Virus record (IMG/VR): IMGVR_UViG_3300021256_000003
Coordinates: 128,001-175,026 of that record
Direction: 5' to 3' (one strand)
Origin: a virus
Taxonomy: Duplodnaviria; Heunggongvirae; Uroviricota; Caudoviricetes
DNA length: 47,026 bases
Under the pieces are notes generated by a model. The model was not told the DNA's origin and did not search any database. It saw only the letters and a list, made by a program, of their open reading frames with translations. This document shows positions 32,082 to 40,876 of this stretch, in pieces (the first letter of the stretch is position 1; every line of letters begins with the position of its first letter). The position numbers were made by a program, and so were the translations under genes.

Positions 32082-33502
32082 TTGGTAGAACTTCTCTCAT
32101 AAAGCGGAGAACAAACGCTTATGAACAGGAGTCTCGAAGAAAGTTTGTCGAGATTATGAATAATCCTCAGTTTACTTATAGTGACTGTTTGGATTACATC
32201 GACACTGAAATTAAGCAAGGTAAGCGTATGGCTCGCTTTGATTATAAACTCCGTTGTTTCAAAAATGATGGAATTTATCAGGTGAGTCAGGCTATCAACA
32301 AAGTCTTTGGTGCTGTGAACAGCATGGAAGATAAGAGTCCTTCGGGAGATAGCGATATCCAGACTGTAGATATCTGTCTCTCGGATGGCACTCGTACCAA
32401 GGCTCCTTATGGCAAAATTGCCTTGAATGGACTTGGTGAAGACGCTTATATTGACATTAACTATGATACTGATGAGCATATGCTTATCGTAACAGGTAAA
32501 TGTCAGATGCGTTATACTACAATCATTGACGACATTATGACTCAAGCTAATGAACTTCTTAAGACAAATTCGATCTATAAGAATCAAGCTCTTGAGATCA
32601 CTGATATCAATGAACCAAAGGTTCTTGATTTGTCTAATATTGACAATCAGCTGATGGTATTAAGCGACAGCACTAAATATGCGCTTCGCCCCATTGAAGC
32701 TCGCCTTCTTCAACCTAAAAACTGTGTTAATAAAGGCATTCCTCTCAAGTATGGAGCACTTCTTGAAGGAAATTATGGAACTGGTAAGAGCTTAATTGCA
32801 TTCAAACTGGCAAAGCAGGCTATTGAGAATGGCTGGATGTTTATCTATCTTAAAGATCCAACTCAGCTTGCAGAAGTTCTTCGTATGTCCCAAGTTATTG
32901 ACAAGAGTGGCTGGGGTGTTGTTGTCTTCGTTGAAGACGTTGATCAGGTTACTCGTGGTAACAGAGATGCTGCTATGCAGGATATCCTTAACACGCTCGA
33001 TGGTGGTGATACTAAGGGCATGAATGTCATTAGTCTTTTCACTACTAATCATATTGAGCTTATCGAACCTACTTTCTTGAGAGGTAAGAGAATTGGTTCA
33101 ATTATTTCTCTTGGTAGTCTTGATAAGAAGACTGCTGATGAATTTATCCGCCGTTCGTTTGCAGAAGAGTGTTATGTCATTAAAGACGATCTCACTGAAG
33201 TCTGTGAAATGGTGGAACGTGCCAATATTGTGCCTGCATTCATGGCAGAAATCATTGAATCTGTTAAATCTAATATGATTCTTGATAATGAGTGCGAAGT
33301 CAAGGCAGACTACCTTAAGTATGCTATTAAAGCATATGAGCATCAGGTACAATTGGCTCAAACTAAGAACATGTCAGAGACTGTTGAGCAGACTTTCATA
33401 AAATCAGCACAACAGCTGTTCTGTAAGGATCCCAAAAATTACCCAGCCTTCATCAAAATGATGGAAGATCATTGTGGTGAAGATATTAAAAACTTCCAGT
33501 AA
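32063..33502 (+). CDS. AAA+ ATPase
   Basis: Walker A GNYGTGKS, Walker B VVFVEDVD, LNTLDG, TTNH...LRGKRI. Confidence 0.9.
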   Translation: MEEKKLIGRTSLIKRRTNAYEQESRRKFVEIMNNPQFTYSDCLDYIDTEIKQGKRMARFDYKLRCFKNDGIYQVSQAINKVFGAVNSMEDKSPSGDSDIQTVDICLSDGTRTKAPYGKIALNGLGEDAYIDINYDTDEHMLIVTGKCQMRYTTIIDDIMTQANELLKTNSIYKNQALEITDINEPKVLDLSNIDNQLMVLSDSTKYALRPIEARLLQPKNCVNKGIPLKYGALLEGNYGTGKSLIAFKLAKQAIENGWMFIYLKDPTQLAEVLRMSQVIDKSGWGVVVFVEDVDQVTRGNRDAAMQDILNTLDGGDTKGMNVISLFTTNHIELIEPTFLRGKRIGSIISLGSLDKKTADEFIRRSFAEECYVIKDDLTEVCEMVERANIVPAFMAEIIESVKSNMILDNECEVKADYLKYAIKAYEHQVQLAQTKNMSETVEQTFIKSAQQLFCKDPKNYPAFIKMMEDHCGEDIKNFQ

Positions 33503-33604
33503 TTTTTAACAATTTTTAACTTTGAAGTTGTGGATTCTATATATAATATAGCATATTGAAAATTGATTAATAAGTCCTTCTGCCTGTAAATCAATATGCT
33601 AGGT

Positions 33605-33677
33605 GCGACGTAGGCCGAGCGGCTAAGGTTCCTGCCTTCCAAGCAGGTTTTGGTGAGTTCGACTCTCACACGTCGCT
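33605..33677 (+). tRNA. tRNA-Gly(UCC)
   Basis: GCGACGT/ACGTCGC acceptor, CCTGC-CT TCC AA-GCAGG. Confidence 0.85.
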
Positions 33678-34249
33678 CAAAAGGACATCCTGACAGTCCT
33701 TTATGGTAGTATTTTAGGCGAAATGATTAACCTAAATGAAAATTTCATGTTTTACCAAAGGAAATGTGAAACTACTACTGATTGCTGCATGATATTGATT
33801 AGTTATTTTATTGTTTGTATTGGACAAAAATCATCTTTGGAGGTTGTAAATTACCTATGAACTATCTACGTATTAAACTCAACACATAAAGAATAAGGAG
33901 TTGCTATACGAGAAGAAAATTTTATCGTTAGATATTCTCCTAGTGTCTAACGTATCCGCTTGCTGTAAAGTAATAGGAGAGAATATATCGTTGGTATCAA
34001 TCGAGCTTAGAAAAAAATTCTTCTAGAATTTAATAAATCCCAAATGGTTAGTCCATGCAACTTGATTGCAAGAAATTTAAGCACGGTTTAGGATTTTCCC
34101 ATTAGATTTCCCTATACTAATGATATATTCTTCTTTTGTCTAAAAAGTAATTCGTTGACATTTGTAACGTCAAGAATTATGTATTCTTTTAAGATTCTGA
34201 AACGGTGCTTGTTCACAAAAACAGTTAGAACTTTAGAATACTGAGGACA

Positions 34250-34322
34250 GTACTTCATTAACAAAATTAGTAATGTACCATAGAAATATGGGTCTACAGG
34301 TGCAAATCCTGTATGAGGTACA
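34250..34322 (+). ncRNA. tRNA-like RNA with a GAAA tetraloop instead of an anticodon loop
   Basis: GTACTTCA/TGAGGTAC, CCATA-GAAA-TATGG, ACAGG-TGCAAAT-CCTGT. Confidence 0.6.
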
Positions 34323-34355
34323 ATGGTCTTTAAGTATATCCTGAATACTTAGGTT

Positions 34356-34612
34356 GGCATTATCCATAAATGTACAGGTGTACTAGTAAACCGGAATTGA
34401 CTAGGGTTTATACCAGACCAGAGGTATACTCATTAAACTGGAGCTCTCTCGACGTCCAGATATAGGAGTAGTGATACTCGAGAGTGAGTACCATATGGGA
34501 AGCAGTCCACAGCTCTATATGGTTACAAGGAGGCCTTTCAGTAATGTTTAGGAGTTTTGCTGGGAACTACTTAGAGAAATGCTAAGAAGTAGGTGCGAAT
34601 CCTACTAATGCT
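34356..34612 (+). ncRNA. Large structured RNA closed by a tRNA-like acceptor/T domain
   Basis: GGCATTA/TAATGCT, GTAGG-TGCGAAT-CCTAC, internal helices and a pseudoknot. Confidence 0.5.
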
Positions 34613-34643
34613 CTGGTGGTGGAATGGTAGACACGAGGGACTT

Positions 34644-35436
34644 TAAAGATTAAAAACACTTGTAAATCTTATAACTGGAATTTTCTAATAGAAAGTTATT
34701 AAAGATTTTTAAGTAAAACATTATGTTTCTATTAAATACTCCATTTTTATTTGGTAGACAATGAAATTGTGTATACCTTTCATTATATGAAAAAGGTAAA
34801 TTATACAAAAGAATTGTTGGAGGAAAAAGTGAAAGATTGTTATTCTTTTGCTGAACTCTGCAGGAGATTAGGTTTAAAACCAGAAGGTTCTAATCCGAAA
34901 ACTGTAAGAAAAAAGATGGATGAATTTGGAGTAGATTATTCACATTTTACTGGACAAGGATGGAATACTTATAAACATCCTAAATTTGGTAATGGAATTC
35001 CTTTAGAATCTAGTCTTTGTGAACATAGTTCACTTTCTTCATGGAATGTAAAGAAAAGATTATTTGCTCATAAAATAAAGGAAAATAAATGTGAAAAGTG
35101 CGGACTTACTGAATGGTAGGGTAAGCCACTTGTATGTGAACTACATCATATAAATGGAGATCCCACTGACAATAGGATAGAAAATTTACAAATTTTATGT
35201 CCTAATTGTCATAGTTAGACCGACAATTTTAGAAATAAAAATAGAAACAGGGAGGTAATGAGTGCTCCTGAGGAAACTCAGGAAGTAGAAGCAGGCTAAC
35301 TCGGTGAAAGCTGTAGCCTCCCAAAAAATAAAATACAGTCAACGCCGAACTAATACAAATGCGTAGAGACTATATACCTGCTACCTAAGTCGTAAGATAT
35401 GGTAAAGACATAGTCCAATCGGGAGTAAACCCGATG
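34644..35436 (+). mobile_element. Group I intron (793 nt) with HNH ORF in the P1 loop
   Basis: U before the 5' site, terminal G; core AACTCGGTGAAAGC, CAACGCCGAAC, GTAGAGACT, AAGACATAGTCC; P2 TCCTGAG-GAAA-CTCAGGA. Confidence 0.88.
34787..35299 (+). CDS. Intron-encoded HNH homing endonuclease (170 aa, 2 TAG=Gln)
   Basis: CEKCGLTEW*GKPLVCELHHINGDPTDNRIENLQILCPNCHS*TDN. Confidence 0.88.
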
Positions 35437-35548
35437 AAAATCCCTTGCCCGCAAGGGCGTGTGGGTTCAAGTCCCACCCGGAGTACTAAATCCTACAATA
35501 ATCGATCGTAAAAAGTAGGTAAATACAAGAGTAGCTAACTTGTATTTT

Positions 35549-35625
35549 TACAGAGTAGAGGAATTATTAGACTCAGCTGCACGGAAACTGCAGGTCATTT
35601 GCTGGTGAGAATCCAGCCTCTGTAA
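35549..35625 (+). ncRNA. Atypical tRNA-like RNA (loop CGGAAAC, Phe-like GAA but G33)
   Basis: TACAGAG/CTCTGTA, CTGCA/TGCAG, GCTGG-TGAGAAT-CCAGC. Confidence 0.55.
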
Positions 35626-35707
35626 CTAAATAGTTGTATTACATTAGAAGATTTTATTTAATTCGTTTACTTTCTTCATTATAAATTTCTTCTGATTACA
35701 ACTTGGT

Positions 35708-35770
35708 ATTCCTAAAGAGAAGGCTCTGGAGTAATTACCAGATGATAGGTTCAAGTCCTATCTAGGAATC
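35708..35770 (+). ncRNA. D-armless tRNA-like RNA
   Basis: ATTCCTA/TAGGAAT, TCTGG-8nt-CCAGA, GATAGG-TTCAAGT-CCTATC. Confidence 0.55.
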
Positions 35771-36182
35771 TAACAAAGTCTTACAGGCGCAGCCGTTACT
35801 TGAAGTAATTCAAGGCATTCGATGCGGATAATTGTTTAAATAACCTTGATAGAATAAACAGCAAGGCATATGCTCCTTATTAATGGAATTTTGGTGACAA
35901 TAGCCAGCTAACGAGCTTTAAGGACATGAAGAAAACGGACTTTGTTTTTACAGTACGTAGTTTATGTAATGGGTTTGAGTCGTACAATAAACTATTACAG
36001 ACCTGTAAACGTTAAGACTATAGGAATAAGCATTACTGTACTTATTTAAAAAGAGAAAATCCTGTAGGAGTTTACATCATTGTACAATGTGTTCATTTTT
36101 AAAGGTTTTGATAAAAAGCAAAACTAAAAACATCAGAAATGATAATAAAAGAAGGTTTTAAATTTGTTTTCTTCTTTTACAT

Positions 36183-36254
36183 TGCGGGATAGAGCAGTGG
36201 TAGCTTACCAGGCTCATAATCTGGAGGTCGTGGGTTCGAATCCCTCTCCCGCTA
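36183..36254 (+). tRNA. tRNA-Met(CAU), initiator-like 1-72 mismatch
   Basis: CCAGG-CT CAT AA-TCTGG; TGCGGGA/TCCCGCT. Confidence 0.85.
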
Positions 36255-36309
36255 GAGAATAATGATAGAAACCTCCACGTGGTTATTCTCGGGTAATGCT
36301 AATTCTATC
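36255..36309 (+). ncRNA. Minimal HDV-like (theta) ribozyme at the tRNA 3' end
   Basis: P1 GAGAATA/TATTCTC, P2 GATAGAA/TTCTATC, P3 ACC/GGT, L3 TCCACGT, GG, J4/2 CTAA; G1 directly follows the discriminator. Confidence 0.85.
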
Positions 36310-36407
36310 GTAAAAATAAGTTTAATTTTAAATAGGAATAGAAAAAGTAAAATTAAACTTGATGCAACAAATTAAAGATAAATAAATCGGATTTATTAAT
36401 CCTATTT

Positions 36408-36481
36408 GTCCCTGTAGCTCAGCTGTATAGAGCAGCGGATTTCTAATCCGCGGGTCGTAGGTTAGAATCCTACCAGGGATA
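36408..36481 (+). tRNA. tRNA-Arg(UCU)
   Basis: GCGGA-TT TCT AA-TCCGC; GTCCCTG/CAGGGAT. Confidence 0.88.
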
Positions 36482-36498
36482 CTAGTAACACAAAAGCT

Positions 36499-36966
36499 AT
36501 GAAAAAGTTATTACTTATTTTATCTATTTTATTTAGTTTTAATGCTTATAGTCAAGGATATATTGGAGTTGAGGGAGGATTCAATATTATTAATCGACAA
36601 CCCACTATATCTGTTAAAGCGTTATTACATAGAATAGAATTAAATGTTATTTCTCAACCATTTAGTTTTTCAGATACTAAAGTTTCTAGATTCACTTGTG
36701 TAGGTGGTGGTTATTTATTACCAAAAATGTTTGTTGCCGGTGGTGGAGTTGGTACTATGCAGGAAATTCCAGAAATAATTACTCCTTATGGTGAAAGAGG
36801 TTGGAATGGAACATTAACAGGATGTTTATATTTTAGAAAATATTTTAATTTAAAGAAATCAATAGATATAACTACAAGTCTTACTGCAGTATATAAAGTC
36901 GGAATTATTCTTGGTATAGGATTTTCAGTCGGGTATTTAAAAGAAGAATATCAATATTTAAAATAA
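36499..36966 (+). CDS. Secreted outer-membrane beta-barrel-like protein
   Basis: Signal peptide MKKLLLILSILFSFNAYSQ, Gly/aromatic amphipathic strands. Confidence 0.6.
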   Translation: MKKLLLILSILFSFNAYSQGYIGVEGGFNIINRQPTISVKALLHRIELNVISQPFSFSDTKVSRFTCVGGGYLLPKMFVAGGGVGTMQEIPEIITPYGERGWNGTLTGCLYFRKYFNLKKSIDITTSLTAVYKVGIILGIGFSVGYLKEEYQYLK

Positions 36967-36972
36967 ATTGAA

Positions 36973-37407
36973 ATGGAATATAAAGGGTATACAATTGAGG
37001 ATGTAAGCTGGGTTAATCAGTCTGAATCTATTAGGCAAGATGACGATAATAGTATTGAATTGACTAGAGAAGAACTCAGAAAATATATTTTCTTAATTGA
37101 CGAAAAGGATAAAGAACTTACAAGTTTAGAAATTGAACATACTATTCCAACTATTGAATTTTATGGACAAGGATATGAATATAATCCTAATGGAGCAGAT
37201 CAAGAGCCTGAAAGTTATATTAGTTTAAACTGGAAACGTCGCGAAACATCTGAAGAAGCTTTTAAACGTATTGAAAAACGTAAAAAGGAAATTGAAAAGG
37301 AGATAAAGAACAATATTGCTAAAGAAAACGCTCGAAAACAGGCTGAAAAAATCGAAGCTGATCGTATGATTCGACATCTTAGATCATTAGGATATGAAGT
37401 CATATAA
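36973..37407 (+). CDS. Hypothetical protein with C-terminal coiled coil
   Basis: 144 aa ORF. Confidence 0.7.
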   Translation: MEYKGYTIEDVSWVNQSESIRQDDDNSIELTREELRKYIFLIDEKDKELTSLEIEHTIPTIEFYGQGYEYNPNGADQEPESYISLNWKRRETSEEAFKRIEKRKKEIEKEIKNNIAKENARKQAEKIEADRMIRHLRSLGYEVI

Positions 37408-37508
37408 CTTATATAGTTTATGGAAGAAGAATATATAATTTTTCAAACTTATCTTGATAAAGATAATGTATTTAGATATAGAATTATTTCTAGTTAAATC
37501 TAAATAAT

Positions 37509-37579
37509 TGTCCTATGGTGTAATGGTAGCACATCAGATTTTGGTTCTGCTTGTCCAGGTTCGAATCCTGGTAGGACAA
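37509..37579 (+). tRNA. tRNA-Gln(UUG)
   Basis: TGTCCTA/TAGGACA, TCAGA-TT TTG GT-TCTGC. Confidence 0.88.
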
Positions 37580-37586
37580 CAAAATA

Positions 37587-37761
37587 TAGTTCTATAGCAT
37601 AAACGGAAATGCGCATTTGATGAAGAATTTAATTATAGAAATATAATTATTAATTTGAAAAGATTGGCAATAGTTTTTTATGGTAGTGTATCTACTTGCT
37701 GCAATCGAAGTAAGTTCTTAACATGAATGAGATTAAAAGGTTCGATTCCTTTTAGAACTAC
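37587..37761 (+). ncRNA. tRNA-like RNA with about 100-nt insertion replacing the anticodon loop
   Basis: TAGTTCTA/TAGAACTA, D arm GCAT/ATGC, stem CATTT/GAATG, T arm AAAGG-TTCGATT-CCTTT. Confidence 0.65.
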
Positions 37762-37798
37762 AAAGGAAAATAATGTTAAACAATAAAAGATTAATACC

Positions 37799-38710
37799 AT
37801 GTGCTTATATGCAAAAGATTCAAAGCCTCGTGTGGCTACTAAAGACATTAAGGTCTATAAACACGTAAAATATGTTGATGTATCTTACAGAACAGCAATT
37901 ACTCCGCATCAAGAGACTACTTTTGAACTTGATAAAGAATTTATTCCAAAAGCAAAAGTAGCTAAAGGTACTACTACTTTTAAGTCTGGAGTGATTCATG
38001 CGTGTCTGTGGCCAGACGCTGACAGAGGGACTTGTCTTGAAGCATATATTCCCAAAGGTACTAATTATTGGATTGGTATTGATGGTTGTACTGTATGTGC
38101 TGAGAAACTCTTTGTTACAAGTAATGAAGTAGAAGGACCTGCATGTATGGATGTAGACTTAGCAAGAGAAATACTTGCAGATGTACCTACAGTTGAAGGG
38201 GTTACTATTGGTGAGTTTACTTCCGATGACTATATTGTTGTTGGATTTTATCAAAATGGTAAACCAATGATTGCTGATATAGCTAATATGATTCAAAGTG
38301 TTGCTATTGACAGAGAATATGATAGCAAAATTGATGAGTATTATAGCTATAATGAAGCTGCAAAAGACTTCAACGGAATATCCCATTGTGCAAAACACCC
38401 AAAAAGTGAAAGATATGAAGCGTTTAACGCAGTATCCAGACTTAGTCCCAAGCATTATATTCCTGCATGTGGAGAAATGAGAACTTTGTTATCTAACATT
38501 ATCTATATTGCAGCAAGTTGTGCTTTGAAGAATATACCGATTTCTATTTCTATGGAAGGTTGGTATTGGACGTCCTCGGGGGGCTCGTTGTACTGCAGTT
38601 GGTGCTGCTACATCCGCTCGGAGGGTGTCTACCAGGGCTGGGACCACAAGGTCTGTCGGGGCCGGGTCGTTCCCTTTGTTGCTCCTAATTCTATTTCTCA
38701 AAAAGAATGA
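37799..38710 (+). CDS. Two-domain protein with C-terminal C-type-lectin-like DGR variable region
   Basis: YIPACGE...WYWTSS...SW....G......K.....V.PF; abrupt GC-rich, A-poor segment 38560-38682. Confidence 0.7.
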   Translation: MCLYAKDSKPRVATKDIKVYKHVKYVDVSYRTAITPHQETTFELDKEFIPKAKVAKGTTTFKSGVIHACLWPDADRGTCLEAYIPKGTNYWIGIDGCTVCAEKLFVTSNEVEGPACMDVDLAREILADVPTVEGVTIGEFTSDDYIVVGFYQNGKPMIADIANMIQSVAIDREYDSKIDEYYSYNEAAKDFNGISHCAKHPKSERYEAFNAVSRLSPKHYIPACGEMRTLLSNIIYIAASCALKNIPISISMEGWYWTSSGGSLYCSWCCYIRSEGVYQGWDHKVCRGRVVPFVAPNSISQKE

Positions 38711-38933
38711 ATAAATTTGAACTTCACATAAGAAAATGGTTTAGAATATTCCTAATATCGACATTGGAAAAAGTTATGAAAAAATTAAATTAAATACACT
38801 TAATTGTTAAACCGCAAGTCGGGAAGTTGTTAAAAGCAACAATATTTAATTATGGGGAGATTTTATATAAATCAGTGCAATTAAGTGAAAAGAGTTTTAA
38901 GGCTTGTACTCTTGGCGGAAAACAAACCTATTT

Positions 38934-39006
38934 GCATCTTTAGCTCAGTAGGTTTAGAGCCATCTATTTTTAGGATGAGAGTTGGGTTCGAGTCCCAGAG
39001 GATGCA
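38934..39006 (+). tRNA. Atypical tRNA, anticodon UUU (Lys?) or pseudo-tRNA
   Basis: GCATCTT/AGGATGC, normal D/T arms, irregular anticodon arm CATCT-ATTTTTA-GGATG. Confidence 0.55.
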
Positions 39007-39086
39007 CAAAATCTATATGCTCCTATATTATAGAGCAATATCTCCTAAGTTCTTAGTGCAAATACAAAATCAAATTATATAATACA

Positions 39087-39344
39087 ATGGAAACAGAAAT
39101 TAAGGAATCTCTTTCTAATGAAGGTCTGATTAAAGCACCTATTTTCAGAAGAGAATCAAGAAAGCAAAATGTATGTCTTTGTGATAAATGTCCAGAGCGT
39201 TACCATGATTATTGGTGCGATACTGAAAGATGCGGGTTTGCTAAAGGAGTACAATTGCATGGACTATATTTTAGTGGTTATTATATTCCATTTAGAACAT
39301 GTCCAAAAAATGGAGAAGTCATTATTAAACAAGAAAATAATTAA
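39087..39344 (+). CDS. Cys-rich hypothetical protein
   Basis: 85 aa ORF. Confidence 0.6.
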   Translation: METEIKESLSNEGLIKAPIFRRESRKQNVCLCDKCPERYHDYWCDTERCGFAKGVQLHGLYFSGYYIPFRTCPKNGEVIIKQENN

Positions 39345-39351
39345 AATATTT

Positions 39352-39660
39352 ATGAAAATACCTATATATAATGAAGACACAATCCTTGAAGCAATCGAAG
39401 AAGAAGGGTTGGCAGGATGTGCATACGGATATAAAACTCCATTTTGCATCTTTATCTTTATAGAAGGTATGGAAAAGGATGAAATTTGGGAGAAATTTCC
39501 AACACCATTAATTGGTTTAGAAAATGCTCATTATGATATGAATACTTTAGAGCCTGTAAAATATTTTATGATTGATAAAGGCCCGTCTTTTGAACCTAGA
39601 ACTGATAGTAATGTATCTGGGTTAGAAGAGAGTATAGAATATTTTAATAAAGAATTTTAA
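39352..39660 (+). CDS. Hypothetical protein (MKIPIYNED...)
   Basis: Likely true start within ORF 39169..39660. Confidence 0.6.
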   Translation: MKIPIYNEDTILEAIEEEGLAGCAYGYKTPFCIFIFIEGMEKDEIWEKFPTPLIGLENAHYDMNTLEPVKYFMIDKGPSFEPRTDSNVSGLEESIEYFNKEF

Positions 39661-39841
39661 TAATGGATAAACGTTCAGATGCAATCGGCGATAAAGGTTG
39701 GCGAGGAAAGTGAGGTTGCGATAAACACAAAAACACTGTATGAAATAAAGCAGAGGTGCCTTTACCATTAAATTATATCTGTAAAATGATATAGCCTTTA
39801 TAATCCATTATTTTTTATAGTTTGTACTTAACAAACTAATT

Positions 39842-39914
39842 GCTCCTATGGTGAAATGGCTTATCACGTCGGACTGTTAATCCGTTATTTCTGGTTCGAA
39901 TCCAGATGGGAGCG
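39842..39914 (+). tRNA. tRNA-Asn(GUU)
   Basis: TCGGA-CT GTT AA-TCCGT; GCTCCTA/TGGGAGC. Confidence 0.88.
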
Positions 39915-39952
39915 CAATTTAATTTAAGAAACAACAAAACAGTACATAAATT

Positions 39953-40876
39953 ATGAAAGAATCAATTTTCTTTGCTAAACCTGGTGAAAAAGGTTTGAAT
40001 GAAACTAGTGCTGCTCATCTCTGTGCACTAGCAAACCAAATAGAGCTTGAAAACGAAACAGCACTCAATGAAATTTGTTTTGTAAATACTGAAGTCGCAG
40101 TTGTTGGCAATGCTCAAAATCTTCCAACCCAAGATGGAATTAAAGAAGACGAGTTTGATCTTATTGAAACTCGTCTAACTCGGATTGCTAAAATGCATCG
40201 TTTTATTGCGTGGTTTGCTGAAGCTAGAAAAGCTCTTGAAGCAGAGAAAGCTCAAGTAAGAGCACTTACTGTTGAAAAGTGGTGCAAACAACAGGGTATT
40301 GAATATCCAACATATCCTGAGCAGCCTAGTAAAGTAAATACTAGTGAATATGACGATGTTCTTAAAACTCTTAACGTCAAAGAGTATGAAGAGTATCTTG
40401 GTTTACAAGCAACTGCTGCAGTGTTTGGGAAATTTATTCATCCTGATCGGCCGATGGACACTGCACGAAAAGCTCTTCATTATGCTTTAAGTCATCCGTA
40501 TAAAACTCGTGGAGAAGGACGTGATACCACAGTTTATCATTCTACACCTTCTATTTCTGCACAGAAAGTTGATGCTAAGTTTGCTGTTCTGCAAAAGCTA
40601 TATAGGGAATATGAACAAAGATTAAATCGACTGAAAGCAGAAATTCGCAAGAAGCAGACAGCAATCAATGTGGAAGAAAACCACCAAAGTCATCTTCTTG
40701 AGGAACAGTTCCTTAAAGAATATGAAGTGTATAGAACTCGCGTCGAAGAGCTAAACCGTCAGTTCCGTGATTGGTTACTTGCTGAAAACGAGAGACTATC
40801 TAAAGTCAAGTTAGCTATTCCAAGCTCACTTGAAACAACAGTTGATTATCTCAATAAACTTGCTGATAATAACTAA
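39953..40876 (+). CDS. Long helical/coiled-coil hypothetical protein
   Basis: 307 aa ORF. Confidence 0.8.
   Translation: MKESIFFAKPGEKGLNETSAAHLCALANQIELENETALNEICFVNTEVAVVGNAQNLPTQDGIKEDEFDLIETRLTRIAKMHRFIAWFAEARKALEAEKAQVRALTVEKWCKQQGIEYPTYPEQPSKVNTSEYDDVLKTLNVKEYEEYLGLQATAAVFGKFIHPDRPMDTARKALHYALSHPYKTRGEGRDTTVYHSTPSISAQKVDAKFAVLQKLYREYEQRLNRLKAEIRKKQTAINVEENHQSHLLEEQFLKEYEVYRTRVEELNRQFRDWLLAENERLSKVKLAIPSSLETTVDYLNKLADNN

Larger units (their letters stand above)
34610..35485 (+). tRNA. tRNA-Leu(UAA), split by a group I intron (exons 34610-34643, 35437-35485)
   Basis: Exons rejoin to AGGGA-CT TAA AA-TCCCT with a long variable arm; GCTCTGG/CCGGAGT acceptor. Confidence 0.9.

Noticed and set aside
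32078-33361. Antisense and alternate-frame ORFs within the AAA ATPase
   Set aside because: Shadows of a codon-biased gene
39690-39810. RNase P RNA because of GAGGAAAGT
   Set aside because: No matching 3' P4 strand (ACAnAAnnnGnnUA) and too short
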